The notes under the pieces: generated by a model
What the model was told of the DNA's origin: nothing
Database searches by the model: none
Seen by the model: only the letters and a program-made list of their open reading frames with translations
In this document: positions 1 to 8,618 of the stretch, piece by piece
Layout of the letters: each line of letters begins with the position of its first letter
Position numbering within the stretch: the stretch's first letter is position 1
DNA from: Lachnospiraceae bacterium
GTDB lineage: Bacteria; Bacillota; Clostridia; Lachnospirales; Lachnospiraceae
Assembly: GCA_017394885.1 (NCBI GenBank)
Contig: JAFPWO010000010.1
Span: 152,010 to 216,009, forward strand
DNA length: 64,000 bases
Direction: 5' to 3'
Program-made: the position numbers and the translations under genes

Positions 1-401
1 TGCACGGCGTGATCATGCGCTTCCTTCTTGCTCATGCCCTGATGGACCATAAACGGCTCGGAAAGCTGCCTGTCCACGGAGAAGACGGGGTTCAGACTCG
101 TCATGGGTTCCTGGAAGATAACGGAGATCTCGTTGCCGCGGATATGATACATATCCTTCAGCGACAGCTTGGTCAGATCGCCGTAGCCTTCCATCAGGAT
201 CTCGCCGTCCGCGATATAGCCGTTGCCGTCCAGCAGCTGCAGGATACTCATGGCCGAGACGGACTTGCCGGAACCGGATTCCCCCACGATACCGATCGTT
301 TTGCCGGACTCGAGCGTGTACGACACGTCGTTCACGGCCTTGACGATCCCCTTCTTTGTCTTAAAGAAGGTATGAAGATTTTTAACCTCTAATAACGGCA
401 T
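1..401 (-). CDS. Opp/Dpp-type peptide ABC transporter ATP-binding protein (OppD-like), N-terminal part only; gene runs off the left edge
   Basis: Absent from the ORF track because there is no stop in the window. Reverse-strand translation from ATG 401..399 gives MPLLEVKNLHTFFKTKKGIVKAVNDVSYTLESGKTIGIVGESGSGKSVSAMSILQLL... with Walker A GESGSGKS. An SD (taaggagga) lies just upstream. The start is 13 nt after the permease stop. Confidence 0.9.
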   Translation of the reverse strand, partial: MPLLEVKNLHTFFKTKKGIVKAVNDVSYTLESGKTIGIVGESGSGKSVSAMSILQLLDGNGYIADGEILMEGYGDLTKLSLKDMYHIRGNEISVIFQEPMTSLNPVFSVDRQLSEPFMVHQGMSKKEAHDHAV

Positions 402-414
402 CTTTCATTCCTCC

Positions 415-2376
415 TTATTTATCATTCGTAGACTTCGGGTCCATAACGTCGCGGAGCGTATCGCCGATGGTATTGATACACACCGTGGTCAGAACCAGGA
501 TCGCCGAGGTGAAGATCCACTGCCACGGGAAGTTGATCGCGGCAGTCGCATTGGACGCACGGCTTAACATGTTGCCCCAGCTGGGCTGCGGGTAGTTGAC
601 GCCGAAGCCGAGGAAGGACAGCGTTGTTTCTGTCTGCATGGAGGCGGCAAAGCTTAAGGTCATGTTGACCAGAATAACGGAGATGATATTCGGCAGGATG
701 TGCTTGAAGGCGATGCGGCCTTCCTTCACGCCCATGGCCTGTGCAGCCGTTACGTATTCGCTTTCACGGGCGACCAGGATCTGCGCACGGGTGATCCGCG
801 CGAAGCCGGGCCAGCCCAGGATACCGAGGATGACCATGATCATGAACAGTCTTTCACTCGTTGACAGGTTGACCTGCGAAAGCAGCGAGGACATGATCAG
901 CATGAACGGGATCAGCGGGATGGAGCCGAACACTTCGGCTACACGCATGATCACGATATCGACCCAGCCGCCGAAGTAACCGGAGATCAGGCCCAGGGAA
1001 ACGCCGATCAGGATCTCGATGATAACCGCGATCGCGCCGACCGTCATGGTCACGGCGCCGCCGGCGATAACACGCTGCAGGATATCCGCACCGGATTCAT
1101 CCGTTCCGAATACATGGGATTTCAGGCCCCAGGTATCCAGCAGGTTGCCGTTCTCGTCGATCACATAGTTCTGGAAGGCGCCGGCAAAGACTTTGCTCAC
1201 GCCGGAAAGTTCCGTCGGGGCTTCTGCCTGGCGGTAATGGTCCCCGCCGAAGGAATACACATGTCCGTGGTTCGTAAGGCAGGTGAAGTGATACGTCCCG
1301 GCTTCCACGTCGATCACGTATTCCCCTTCCGCAAACTCCGGTACATTGACCACGTCCTTCGGGAAGTCGCCGACCAGACCCATCGTGCCGTCGTCCAGCA
1401 GGATACAGATACTGCTCGAGGTGGCTGTTAAGGAGACGATCTTCCGCTTGTTCAGGAACTGGGTGATCTTCTTGCCTTCGCCGCCGATCTCGGTACGGAC
1501 CGTATTGTAGAGGTTCTTCACGCCGGTCACGATGCTGGACTGCTTCTTATCCAGCGCGACCACGTAGTTCAGGGTAAAGTCCACATCCTGCATGCCCGTG
1601 CGGCTGACAAATTTATCCAGATTCGCGTAGGTCTGCTTGTTGCCCCAGACGTGCAGCGTACCGTCGTCCATCAGCAGGGCGGAGGCCTGATAGCCGGCCG
1701 CCAGCTTCTTGACGTGCGACACGTCGATACCGCCGTCCCGGATCTCTTCCGGCACCGGGATCAGGTTCGGGTTTTCCAGGATCGCATCGGTAACGGCATA
1801 CTGGGCGAAACGGTTGTTGCCCCAGCCGAGGAGCCGGCCGTCTTCCGTAATGACCACCACGTGGTCCACGCCGGCAGCGATATAGGCGATCTTGGTGTTC
1901 TGGATCTCCTCCGGGATGTGGCTGACGTCCAGACCGGTCGCACCCATCTTTGTGGCGCCCCAGATATAGACCTTGCCGTCTTTGCTTAAACCGACGGAGA
2001 AGGAGCCGTAGCTGTCGATCTGCTTGATATTGTTCTTCAGTTCTTTCGGCACCGACATGAGCGTCAGCGTCGGCGGCATATCCTTCTGCGTGACCTCGGT
2101 GTAGGCGTCAAAATACTTTCCCATCAGCTTGGTCTTCGGGATGATGAAGACCAGCAGGAACATAAACAGGACCAGGAAAACAGAAAAGACCGCGAACTTT
2201 CTTTCCAAAAAGCGCTGAAAGATCTGCCGGCCGGGGCTGACGATCAGTTCGGAGTCGTCCGGCTGGCCGCTGGCTTCCTTTGCTTCCTTTTCCCGCATCT
2301 TCTCTTCATACTTCGGACCCATGAACCAGCGCATAAACCAGCGACCGATTTTGTGAAAAACGCTTTCTTTCTTCAT
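415..2376 (-). CDS. OppC/DppC-family ABC permease carrying a ~330-aa RCC1-like beta-propeller insertion in the first extracytoplasmic loop
   Basis: 653-aa ORF with ATG 2376 and an AAAGGAG SD. It has an N-terminal TM helix (FAVFSVFLVLFMFLLVFII). RCC1-type blade motifs follow: GKVYIWGATKMG, IAAGVDHVVVI, GRLLGWGNNRFAQ, GTLHVWGNKQ, VEAGTYHFTCL, GHVYSFGGDHYRQ. The canonical OppC core then begins at HVFGTDESGADILQRV and ends in the multi-TM permease domain. Confidence 0.85.
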   Translation of the reverse strand: MKKESVFHKIGRWFMRWFMGPKYEEKMREKEAKEASGQPDDSELIVSPGRQIFQRFLERKFAVFSVFLVLFMFLLVFIIPKTKLMGKYFDAYTEVTQKDMPPTLTLMSVPKELKNNIKQIDSYGSFSVGLSKDGKVYIWGATKMGATGLDVSHIPEEIQNTKIAYIAAGVDHVVVITEDGRLLGWGNNRFAQYAVTDAILENPNLIPVPEEIRDGGIDVSHVKKLAAGYQASALLMDDGTLHVWGNKQTYANLDKFVSRTGMQDVDFTLNYVVALDKKQSSIVTGVKNLYNTVRTEIGGEGKKITQFLNKRKIVSLTATSSSICILLDDGTMGLVGDFPKDVVNVPEFAEGEYVIDVEAGTYHFTCLTNHGHVYSFGGDHYRQAEAPTELSGVSKVFAGAFQNYVIDENGNLLDTWGLKSHVFGTDESGADILQRVIAGGAVTMTVGAIAVIIEILIGVSLGLISGYFGGWVDIVIMRVAEVFGSIPLIPFMLIMSSLLSQVNLSTSERLFMIMVILGILGWPGFARITRAQILVARESEYVTAAQAMGVKEGRIAFKHILPNIISVILVNMTLSFAASMQTETTLSFLGFGVNYPQPSWGNMLSRASNATAAINFPWQWIFTSAILVLTTVCINTIGDTLRDVMDPKSTNDK

Positions 2377-2391
2377 CGTTTCGATCTCCTT

Positions 2392-3435
2392 TTACTTGCT
2401 GATACGGACACGCGGGTCAACGATCCCGTAGCACAGGTCGATGACCAGGTTGCTGAACAGGGCGATGAACGTATACACCACTTCAAGGAACATGATCAGG
2501 TCGTAGTCAGCCTGCCGCACGGAGTTGTAGAACAGCAGGCCCATGCCCTTGAACCCGAACATGGTCTCCATAATGATACCGCCGGAAATAATGCCGAAGA
2601 AACCGCCGACGATGATCGCGACCATCGGGACCAGGGCGTTTCTCCAGGCATGGGAATAGACCACGACCTTTTCCGTCAGGCCCTTGGCGCGGGCGGTCCG
2701 GATGCAGTCGAGGCTTAATGCGTCGATCATGGAAGCACGGGCGATACGGGTGATGGACGCCAGGCTGGCAAAGACCAGGCAGATACACGGGAGAGCAACG
2801 TGCTTGAGAACATCCCAGACGTTTGCCCACCCGGTATAACTGGTGCCGGGCGTCTTCATGCCGCTGACCGGGAACCAATGCAGGATCGAGCAGAACAGAA
2901 CGATGAACAGTATATAAATAATGAAGTTTGGCGTTGAAAAACCGATAAGAGAGACCAGCTGCGTTCCCTTATCGAAACGACTGCCTTTCTTGACCGCGCA
3001 TTTAATGCCAAGCGGGATCGTCACACCCAAAATCGCTATCTCCGAGATAGCCCCGATGATCATGGTGTTTCGTATGAACGGGCCGATCAGTTCCACGACC
3101 GGCAGGTTATATTCATACGATTTTCCGAAATTTCCTTGCAGGATTCCGTTGACCTTTCCGTCATAAAAAGGATATACGCCCCACCAGCGCAGATACAGGA
3201 TCATCACGTCATCCGTATCCGTGCCGTACAGCCGCTGATATTTCAGGAGCAGTTCCTGCATTTTCGTTTCTCTCTCTTCCGGCGACAGCGTGTTTTTCAG
3301 CTGCTGAAGTTCAGCTTTTGCATCCGTATAGGCACGGTTGGCCGGCATCAGCTGATAGAGACAGAAAAGGAGGAATGTTAAAAGAAGAAAAACTGCTGCC
3401 ATATACAGCAATCTCTTCACGATATATCTTCCCAT
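2392..3435 (-). CDS. OppB/DppB-family ABC transporter permease
   Basis: 347-aa ORF with ATG at 3435. It has an N-terminal TM, a long first loop, and a binding-protein-dependent permease core (RTARAKGLTEKVVVYSHAWRNALVP EAA-type loop). Its stop is 15 nt before the next permease start. Confidence 0.9.
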   Translation of the reverse strand: MGRYIVKRLLYMAAVFLLLTFLLFCLYQLMPANRAYTDAKAELQQLKNTLSPEERETKMQELLLKYQRLYGTDTDDVMILYLRWWGVYPFYDGKVNGILQGNFGKSYEYNLPVVELIGPFIRNTMIIGAISEIAILGVTIPLGIKCAVKKGSRFDKGTQLVSLIGFSTPNFIIYILFIVLFCSILHWFPVSGMKTPGTSYTGWANVWDVLKHVALPCICLVFASLASITRIARASMIDALSLDCIRTARAKGLTEKVVVYSHAWRNALVPMVAIIVGGFFGIISGGIIMETMFGFKGMGLLFYNSVRQADYDLIMFLEVVYTFIALFSNLVIDLCYGIVDPRVRISK

Positions 3436-3524
3436 AATAACCCCTTACCGTACAATTGTTTTGCATTGAATCTTCGGGCCGTCTGCCGGGTCCGGCAGTT
3501 CACGTTCGCGGCCCCTGATAGAGG

Positions 3525-3562
3525 AAAGCCGCACCGGGCACCGAGGCACCCGATGCGGCTTC
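3525..3562 (-). terminator. Intercistronic GC-rich hairpin between the SBP gene and the permease genes (partial terminator or mRNA-stabilising stem-loop)
   Basis: The minus strand reads GAAGCCGCATCGGGTGCC-TCGG-TGCCCGGTGCGGCTTT followed by cctct. The stem is long and near-perfect, but the U-tract is weak. It lies 25 nt after the SBP stop. Confidence 0.5.
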
Positions 3563-3586
3563 CCATGCACTGAGAATATCAGAACA

Positions 3587-5959
3587 TTAGTCGTTCAGCC
3601 AGCAGATGTCCGCATAGTCCTTGATGTAGTACGCGCTGTATTCGTCATACATGGAAGGATCGATGGTCATATTCCAGCTGTAGTCGTAAGCGGCGCTGCT
3701 GAAACCGGTCGCGAAGTTGAATGCGCAGTACATAGGCGTGCCGGCATAGTAGCCGTAAACAGCCTGCTGATACAGTTCATCCAGCATCGGAGCGAAGTCA
3801 CCAAGCTGGTTGTAAACCTTCATGCCGGCAGTTTCGACGTTCGAATTCTCACGGAAGCCGGTCTGCAGCAGGTCGGTAAATTCATTCGGCGTGGTGCCGA
3901 ACCAGTTGATAACTAACGGCATGTAGTAGTCGTCGCCAACCTTGGTGGTGGTGTAAGCGCCATCCATGGACTTGTAGTTGATGATATTGTCGTTGGCCAG
4001 CTCGCCAGGGATCTTCTTGTAGCGGATGCCTTCGGTGTAGTCGTTGCCTTCTGCATCATAGATCCAGCCGCCTTCTTCCAGCACTTCGATCGCGCTGTCG
4101 GCGGAGGTAGCATACGCATCCAGTTCCATACCCTGTTCCATAGCCGCCTTGTACATCCAGCCGCCGGTGTAGTAAGGGCCGTCCACAACACCGCCGTAGC
4201 CGCCGGTGAACTTCTTCGCAAATTCAGGACGGTTCATGCAGTACGCGATAGCGGCACGAACTTCACGGAACTGAACGGGGCCGTAGTCGGCACGGAAGCC
4301 CAGCTTGCCGTAGCCAGCACGGCTGTAGTGGGTGTATACGTACTTGTCGGGAGCTTCTTCAGCAGCCTTCAGCGCGTCATCCGTGGCAGCGCCGCCGGTG
4401 ATGGCAGCGATAACATCCAGGCCGCCCGCCTTGAAGTCTTCCAGCTGAGTAGCATCAACGACCTTGCGGTAGGTGATCTTTTCGATGCTCGGGGTCTTGC
4501 CGTCGAAGTTGCCCTTGAATTCAGGGTTCTTTACGAGAACGGCAGTGTTGTCGGTAGTATCGAAAGATTCGACCATGTAAGGGCCGGTGAAAGGCCACTT
4601 GGTCCAGTTGTCAGCAGAGGTATCCTGCGCAGCGAACTTGATCTGCGCGGCGTGAGTGTAGCTGTCGCCTTCCTTCTCATAGAATTCGTCGGACAGATAT
4701 ACGCCGTTGCCGTCATCCTTGATCTCGATGCCTTCGCCCAGCCACATCTCGCTGTAGTAAGGAGTGAAGCCGGCGTAGGTGATGTCATAGAAGTAAGGAA
4801 TGTAGTCGGCAGGAATGGTTACGGAGAAGGTGTACTCGTCAAGCAGGCGCAGGCCGGCAACTTCCTTCGCTCCTTCTTTGGAGTCCGGGCCGGTGTACTT
4901 CACGAAGTCAGGGCCGCCGACGACGGTCTGCATCTTCAGGGCACGGCCGGAAGCTTCCGCTCCGACAGGGGAGTTCAGAGCCAGGGAGAAGCTCAGGTAA
5001 TCCTTCGCAGTGATCGGTTCGCCGTTGCTGAACTTCAGATCATCATAAATGGTGATCGTGAAGGTCTTGGTGCCGTCTTCGTTGATAACTTCGTCGTGTT
5101 CCTTCACAACGGTGTCATTCCACTGATAGCCGCCTTCCTTGTTGGAAGAAACGGTTTCAAGGCCGTTGACCAGGTCGCCAACGTCGCTGTCGGAAGCGCC
5201 AGGGCTGGACTTGCCGAAGGTCGGATAACGGAACTGGCCGGACAGATCGGTGGAGTTGCCGACGATGATGTCGTTGTCAGCCTTCTCGGAAGTCCATTCG
5301 ATCAGAGCGCTGCAGACATCCCAGTAAGGGTTGGTCGGGAACTCTTCCACGCCCTTGATCTGTGCATTGTACAGATCGTAGTATTCGTTGCTGTACAGCG
5401 GAACTTCGGGCAGCAGGTAGTTCCAACGGGTGATGTAGAGTCTCCACCAGGCAGCGTATACATCCTCGGCAGTCGGATATTCATCCGTGGTGTCGATGTT
5501 GTATACCATAGCCATGGTCAGGAAGTCGAGGCCCAGCTCGTGCAGCGTGCCATCTTCCATCTCGATGTAGGCAAATCCGGTTTCGGGATCTTCCAGAACA
5601 TCGCCGATGGTGATGCCGGCACCGGCTACTTCGTACAGGGACTGATAGTCTTTGCCGTACTCAAGGTTCGCCAGCTTCAGGACTTCGAATTCAGGGTTCT
5701 CGACGGGCTCAGGGAACTCCGGAACATCGGGTTCGGTGGGCTCTTCGGTGGGTTCCTCAGTCGGCTCTTCGGTAGGAGCTTCGGTCGGAGCTTCGGTAGG
5801 AGCTTCGGTCGGAGCTGCAGTCGGCTGTTCGTCAGCTTTCGTGGTATCTGCCTCGGTCGGAGCCTCGGTCGGAGCTGCGGTCGTATTGGTGTTGCCGCCG
5901 CAGGCAGCCAGACTCAGAACCATGGCAAGTGCCAGGAAAAATGCCAGGAACTTTTTCAT
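3587..5959 (-). CDS. Family-5 (peptide/nickel type) extracellular solute-binding lipoprotein, unusually long (790 aa)
   Basis: Signal peptide plus lipobox MKKFLAFFLALAMVLSLAACGG. An APTEAPTEAPTEEPTEEPTE linker follows. The SBP_bac_5-like body includes FTITIYDDLKFSNGEPITAKDYLSF. AAGGAGG SD. It is the first gene of the operon that also contains the two permeases and the ATPase. Confidence 0.9.
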   Translation of the reverse strand: MKKFLAFFLALAMVLSLAACGGNTNTTAAPTEAPTEADTTKADEQPTAAPTEAPTEAPTEAPTEEPTEEPTEEPTEPDVPEFPEPVENPEFEVLKLANLEYGKDYQSLYEVAGAGITIGDVLEDPETGFAYIEMEDGTLHELGLDFLTMAMVYNIDTTDEYPTAEDVYAAWWRLYITRWNYLLPEVPLYSNEYYDLYNAQIKGVEEFPTNPYWDVCSALIEWTSEKADNDIIVGNSTDLSGQFRYPTFGKSSPGASDSDVGDLVNGLETVSSNKEGGYQWNDTVVKEHDEVINEDGTKTFTITIYDDLKFSNGEPITAKDYLSFSLALNSPVGAEASGRALKMQTVVGGPDFVKYTGPDSKEGAKEVAGLRLLDEYTFSVTIPADYIPYFYDITYAGFTPYYSEMWLGEGIEIKDDGNGVYLSDEFYEKEGDSYTHAAQIKFAAQDTSADNWTKWPFTGPYMVESFDTTDNTAVLVKNPEFKGNFDGKTPSIEKITYRKVVDATQLEDFKAGGLDVIAAITGGAATDDALKAAEEAPDKYVYTHYSRAGYGKLGFRADYGPVQFREVRAAIAYCMNRPEFAKKFTGGYGGVVDGPYYTGGWMYKAAMEQGMELDAYATSADSAIEVLEEGGWIYDAEGNDYTEGIRYKKIPGELANDNIINYKSMDGAYTTTKVGDDYYMPLVINWFGTTPNEFTDLLQTGFRENSNVETAGMKVYNQLGDFAPMLDELYQQAVYGYYAGTPMYCAFNFATGFSSAAYDYSWNMTIDPSMYDEYSAYYIKDYADICWLND
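5730..5830 (-). repeat. Imperfect tandem 12-nt repeats encoding the (A/E)PTE linker of the SBP
   Basis: The plus strand shows reiterated ggagcttcggt(c/a) and gg(g/c)tcttcggtgg units. The translation is APTEAPTEAPTEEPTEEPTEEPTE. Confidence 0.7.
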
Positions 5960-6021
5960 AGTTTGTCCTCCTTAATTGATTACATCGGAGTCGCAAGCGA
6001 ACCCGATGTTATTGCCTTGTA

Positions 6022-6050
6022 ATTATAGAATTATGCATAGGCAATGTCAA
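6022..6050 (-). promoter_or_regulatory. Consensus sigma-70/SigA-type promoter for the atypical peptide-transporter operon
   Basis: The minus strand reads TTGACA (6050..6045), a 17-nt spacer, then TATAAT (6027..6022). This lies ~60 nt upstream of the SBP start codon. Confidence 0.7.
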
Positions 6051-6168
6051 GACTTTTTTCTCTTTTCTCGTTTTCTTGACTTTCCGCGGTCTTCGTGTTA
6101 CGAATAATAGGCCGGCCGCGTATTTTTCCCTGCTGCCGGCAGGATATTCCGACCGGGAGGGCGCTGCC

Positions 6169-6627
6169 ATGAAACGCGTTCATTTATATGATTTTTCCGT
6201 GCCGGCCGCCATCTGCGCGCTGTTTGTTTTCCCTTTTATGATCTACTTTTTCCTCTCCTTCTTCCTCTATAACGGAAAGGTGTGGGGACTAATCGCCGCG
6301 GTCCTTGTCCTGGCCGGTTTTATCGCCGTGATCTATACTTTCGTGCTGAAGGCCGCCGTGCTGGATGAGGCCGGCGCCTCGTATAAAACCGTTCATATCC
6401 CGCGGGGGCAGCTGACGGTGGTTTCCGAGTACGACTCCCGCTTCAAGGAGCCCATCTATCTGCTGCGCGATATCACGAAAGACTACCGGGGGCTGGACGA
6501 AAAAGAGCTTGCCGGGGTACAGATCCGCGTGCAGGCCACGCAGGCCAATACCGGCAAGCTCACCGACTATACGGAAAAACCGCTTTCCCCGGCGAAAAAG
6601 CCCCGATACCGTTGGAAAAACAAGTAA
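6169..6627 (+). CDS. Hypothetical membrane protein (two N-terminal TM helices plus a soluble C-terminal domain)
   Basis: The internal ATG at 6169 is preceded by a GGGAGG SD (6155..6160). The upstream part of the 183-aa track ORF has no SD. Hydrophobic segments are AAICALFVFPFMIYFFLSFFLY and LIAAVLVLAGFIAVIYTFVL. Confidence 0.6.
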   Translation: MKRVHLYDFSVPAAICALFVFPFMIYFFLSFFLYNGKVWGLIAAVLVLAGFIAVIYTFVLKAAVLDEAGASYKTVHIPRGQLTVVSEYDSRFKEPIYLLRDITKDYRGLDEKELAGVQIRVQATQANTGKLTDYTEKPLSPAKKPRYRWKNK

Positions 6628-8469
6628 TTAATGCTGTTGCTCCGCCTCGTATTCCAGCACTTTCCGGAACTGTGTTTCGTACAGTTCCCGGTAGGTGCCT
6701 TCTTTTGCGAGCAGTTCCTCGTGCGTGCCCGATTCCGCGATCTTCCCGTCCTTGACCACCATGATCGTATCCGCCTTCAGGATGGTGGAGAGACGGTGCG
6801 CGATCACGATGCTGGTGCGGCCCTCCATCAGGCTTTCGAGCGCGGTCTGGATGGCCACTTCCGAGATGGAGTCCAGCGCGCTCGTCGCTTCATCCAGGAT
6901 CAGGATCTTCGGATCCTTCAAAATAACGCGGGCGATCGAGATGCGCTGCTTTTCGCCGCCGGAAAGCTTTAAGCCCCGGTTGCCGACCACGGTATCGTAG
7001 CCGTCGGGCTGCCGGACGATAAAATCATGGATGGAGGCGGCGCGGCAGGCTTCCTCGATCTCCTCCTGCGTGGCGTCTTCCTTCGCATACAGCAGGTTGT
7101 CGCGGATCGTCCCGTTAAAGAGGTAGGTATCCTGCGTGACCACGCCGATGCAGTCCCGAAGGTATGTGAGGTCGAAGTCCCGCACGTCCACCCCGGCGAT
7201 GGTCACGCGCCCGCCCTGCACGTCGTAGAGCCGCGGGATCAGATTGACCAGCGTGGATTTGCCGGAGCCCGAGGGCCCCACCACCGCAACCATCTGCCCG
7301 CCGGGCACGGTGAAGTTGATATCCTGCAGCAGCGGCTTTTCGGGGATATAGGAAAAGGCCACATGCTCGAAGGCCACATCCCGGAAGGTCACCTCCGGCG
7401 TCCGGCCGTTCTCCGGGGACTTGATGGTGATCTCGCGGTCGAAGTAGTCGAAGATACGGGTGAAAAGCGCCAGCGAGCGGGTAAAATCCACCTGCAGGTT
7501 CAGTAGCGATTCCACCGGCCGGTACAGGCGGTTGACCAGGGTCACCGTAGCCGTAATGGTACCGACGGTCAGTGTCGGATCGAGGTTTTTGATGATGAAC
7601 CAGCCGCCCGCAAAGTAAATGAGCAGCGGGCCGAGCTGTGTGAGCATGCCCATGATGACGCCGAACCAGCGGCCGCTGCGCTGCTCCTTTAAGGAGATCT
7701 GCGTCACTTCTTCATTGACCTTCACGAAGCGCTCGTACTCCTGCTCTTCTCTCGTGAACAGCTTGATCAGCAGCGAGCCGCTTACCGAAAGGTTCTCGTT
7801 GATGAGCTGGTTCATCTCATCGTTTTTGGCCTGGCTTTCCGTGAGGAGCTTATAGCGCGTCTGTCCGACGCTGCGGGTCGGAATAATAAGCAGCGGGATC
7901 ACGACGATGCCCACCAGCGCAAGCTGCCAGCTCATCGCAAAAAGGGCGACGAGGGTGGTCACGACCGTGGCGATATTGCTCACGATATTGGAGAGCGTAC
8001 CGGAGATCACCGAGCTGACGCCGCTGATATCCGTATTCATGCGGGTGATGATATCGCCCTGCTTCTCCGTGGTGAAGAAGACGTGCGGCATGTGCTGCAG
8101 ATGGTCGTACATCTGGTTCTTCATGTCGAAGATGATCCGCTGGCTGATCCAGGCGTTGATGTAGCTTTCCACCACGCCGACGATGCGCGAAAACGTCAGG
8201 GTCACGAAGGCCATGATGAGGAGCTGCACCAGCATCTTCATGTCCCGGCCGGTGATGGCTTCGTCCACGATGCGCCCGGTGATGATGGACGGGAAGAGGC
8301 CGACCACGGCAGAGATCAGGATGGTTAAAAAGACCAGCAGGAACTGCTTCCAGTAGGGCTTTAAATACCCCAGGATACGGACGATAAGTCCCTTGGTCAC
8401 CTTCGGTTTATTCTTCTTTTCTTCCTCGGTCAGAAAGCCCCGAGGTCCCAGCGAATTCGGTCCCGGCAT
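6628..8469 (-). CDS. ABC exporter, fused permease-ATPase half-transporter (MsbA/multidrug type)
   Basis: Six-TM exporter domain, then Walker A GPSGSGKST, signature LSGGEKQR and Walker B ILILDEATSALD. I place the start at ATG 8469 because the promoter at 8504..8532 lies inside the longer track ORF. Confidence 0.9.
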   Translation of the reverse strand: MPGPNSLGPRGFLTEEEKKNKPKVTKGLIVRILGYLKPYWKQFLLVFLTILISAVVGLFPSIITGRIVDEAITGRDMKMLVQLLIMAFVTLTFSRIVGVVESYINAWISQRIIFDMKNQMYDHLQHMPHVFFTTEKQGDIITRMNTDISGVSSVISGTLSNIVSNIATVVTTLVALFAMSWQLALVGIVVIPLLIIPTRSVGQTRYKLLTESQAKNDEMNQLINENLSVSGSLLIKLFTREEQEYERFVKVNEEVTQISLKEQRSGRWFGVIMGMLTQLGPLLIYFAGGWFIIKNLDPTLTVGTITATVTLVNRLYRPVESLLNLQVDFTRSLALFTRIFDYFDREITIKSPENGRTPEVTFRDVAFEHVAFSYIPEKPLLQDINFTVPGGQMVAVVGPSGSGKSTLVNLIPRLYDVQGGRVTIAGVDVRDFDLTYLRDCIGVVTQDTYLFNGTIRDNLLYAKEDATQEEIEEACRAASIHDFIVRQPDGYDTVVGNRGLKLSGGEKQRISIARVILKDPKILILDEATSALDSISEVAIQTALESLMEGRTSIVIAHRLSTILKADTIMVVKDGKIAESGTHEELLAKEGTYRELYETQFRKVLEYEAEQQH

Positions 8470-8503
8470 GGCAGATATCCTTTCTTGCTTGCAGGATAAT
8501 TTA

Positions 8504-8532
8504 ATGATAACAGACGCCGGGGAGGATGACAA
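8504..8532 (-). promoter_or_regulatory. Putative promoter of the ABC exporter gene
   Basis: The minus strand reads TTGTCA (8532..8527), a 17-nt spacer, then TATCAT (8509..8504). Confidence 0.6.
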
Positions 8533-8558
8533 GCGGTTTCAGCAGCTGTATCTTCCGC

Positions 8559-8587
8559 TTGCTTTTTCCTCCTTCTCCTCCTACAAT
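8559..8587 (+). promoter_or_regulatory. Putative promoter of the yitT-TPR-DUF4037 genes
   Basis: TTGCTT (8559..8564), a 17-nt spacer, then TACAAT (8582..8587). It lies 32 nt upstream of the YitT start. Confidence 0.45.
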
Positions 8588-8618
8588 GATCGTATAAACC
8601 TCATCAGGAGCTTCTGCG

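Noticed and set aside
9-392. 127-aa + strand ORF at the left edge
   Set aside because: The opposite strand encodes a clear OppD-type ATPase N-terminus with Walker A and an SD, so this ORF is its antisense shadow.
5730-5830. Tandem short repeats that could be mistaken for a CRISPR-like or VNTR locus
   Set aside because: The units are 12 nt, contiguous without spacers, and lie in frame inside the SBP gene, encoding its linker. This is not a CRISPR array.
4328-6022. 564-aa + strand ORF, the longest unexplained ORF in the track
   Set aside because: It is fully antisense to the SBP gene. It is low-complexity (FGRSFGRSFGRS mirrors the PTEA linker), lacks an SD, and has the Arg/Gly/Val-rich composition typical of shadow frames in GC-rich DNA.
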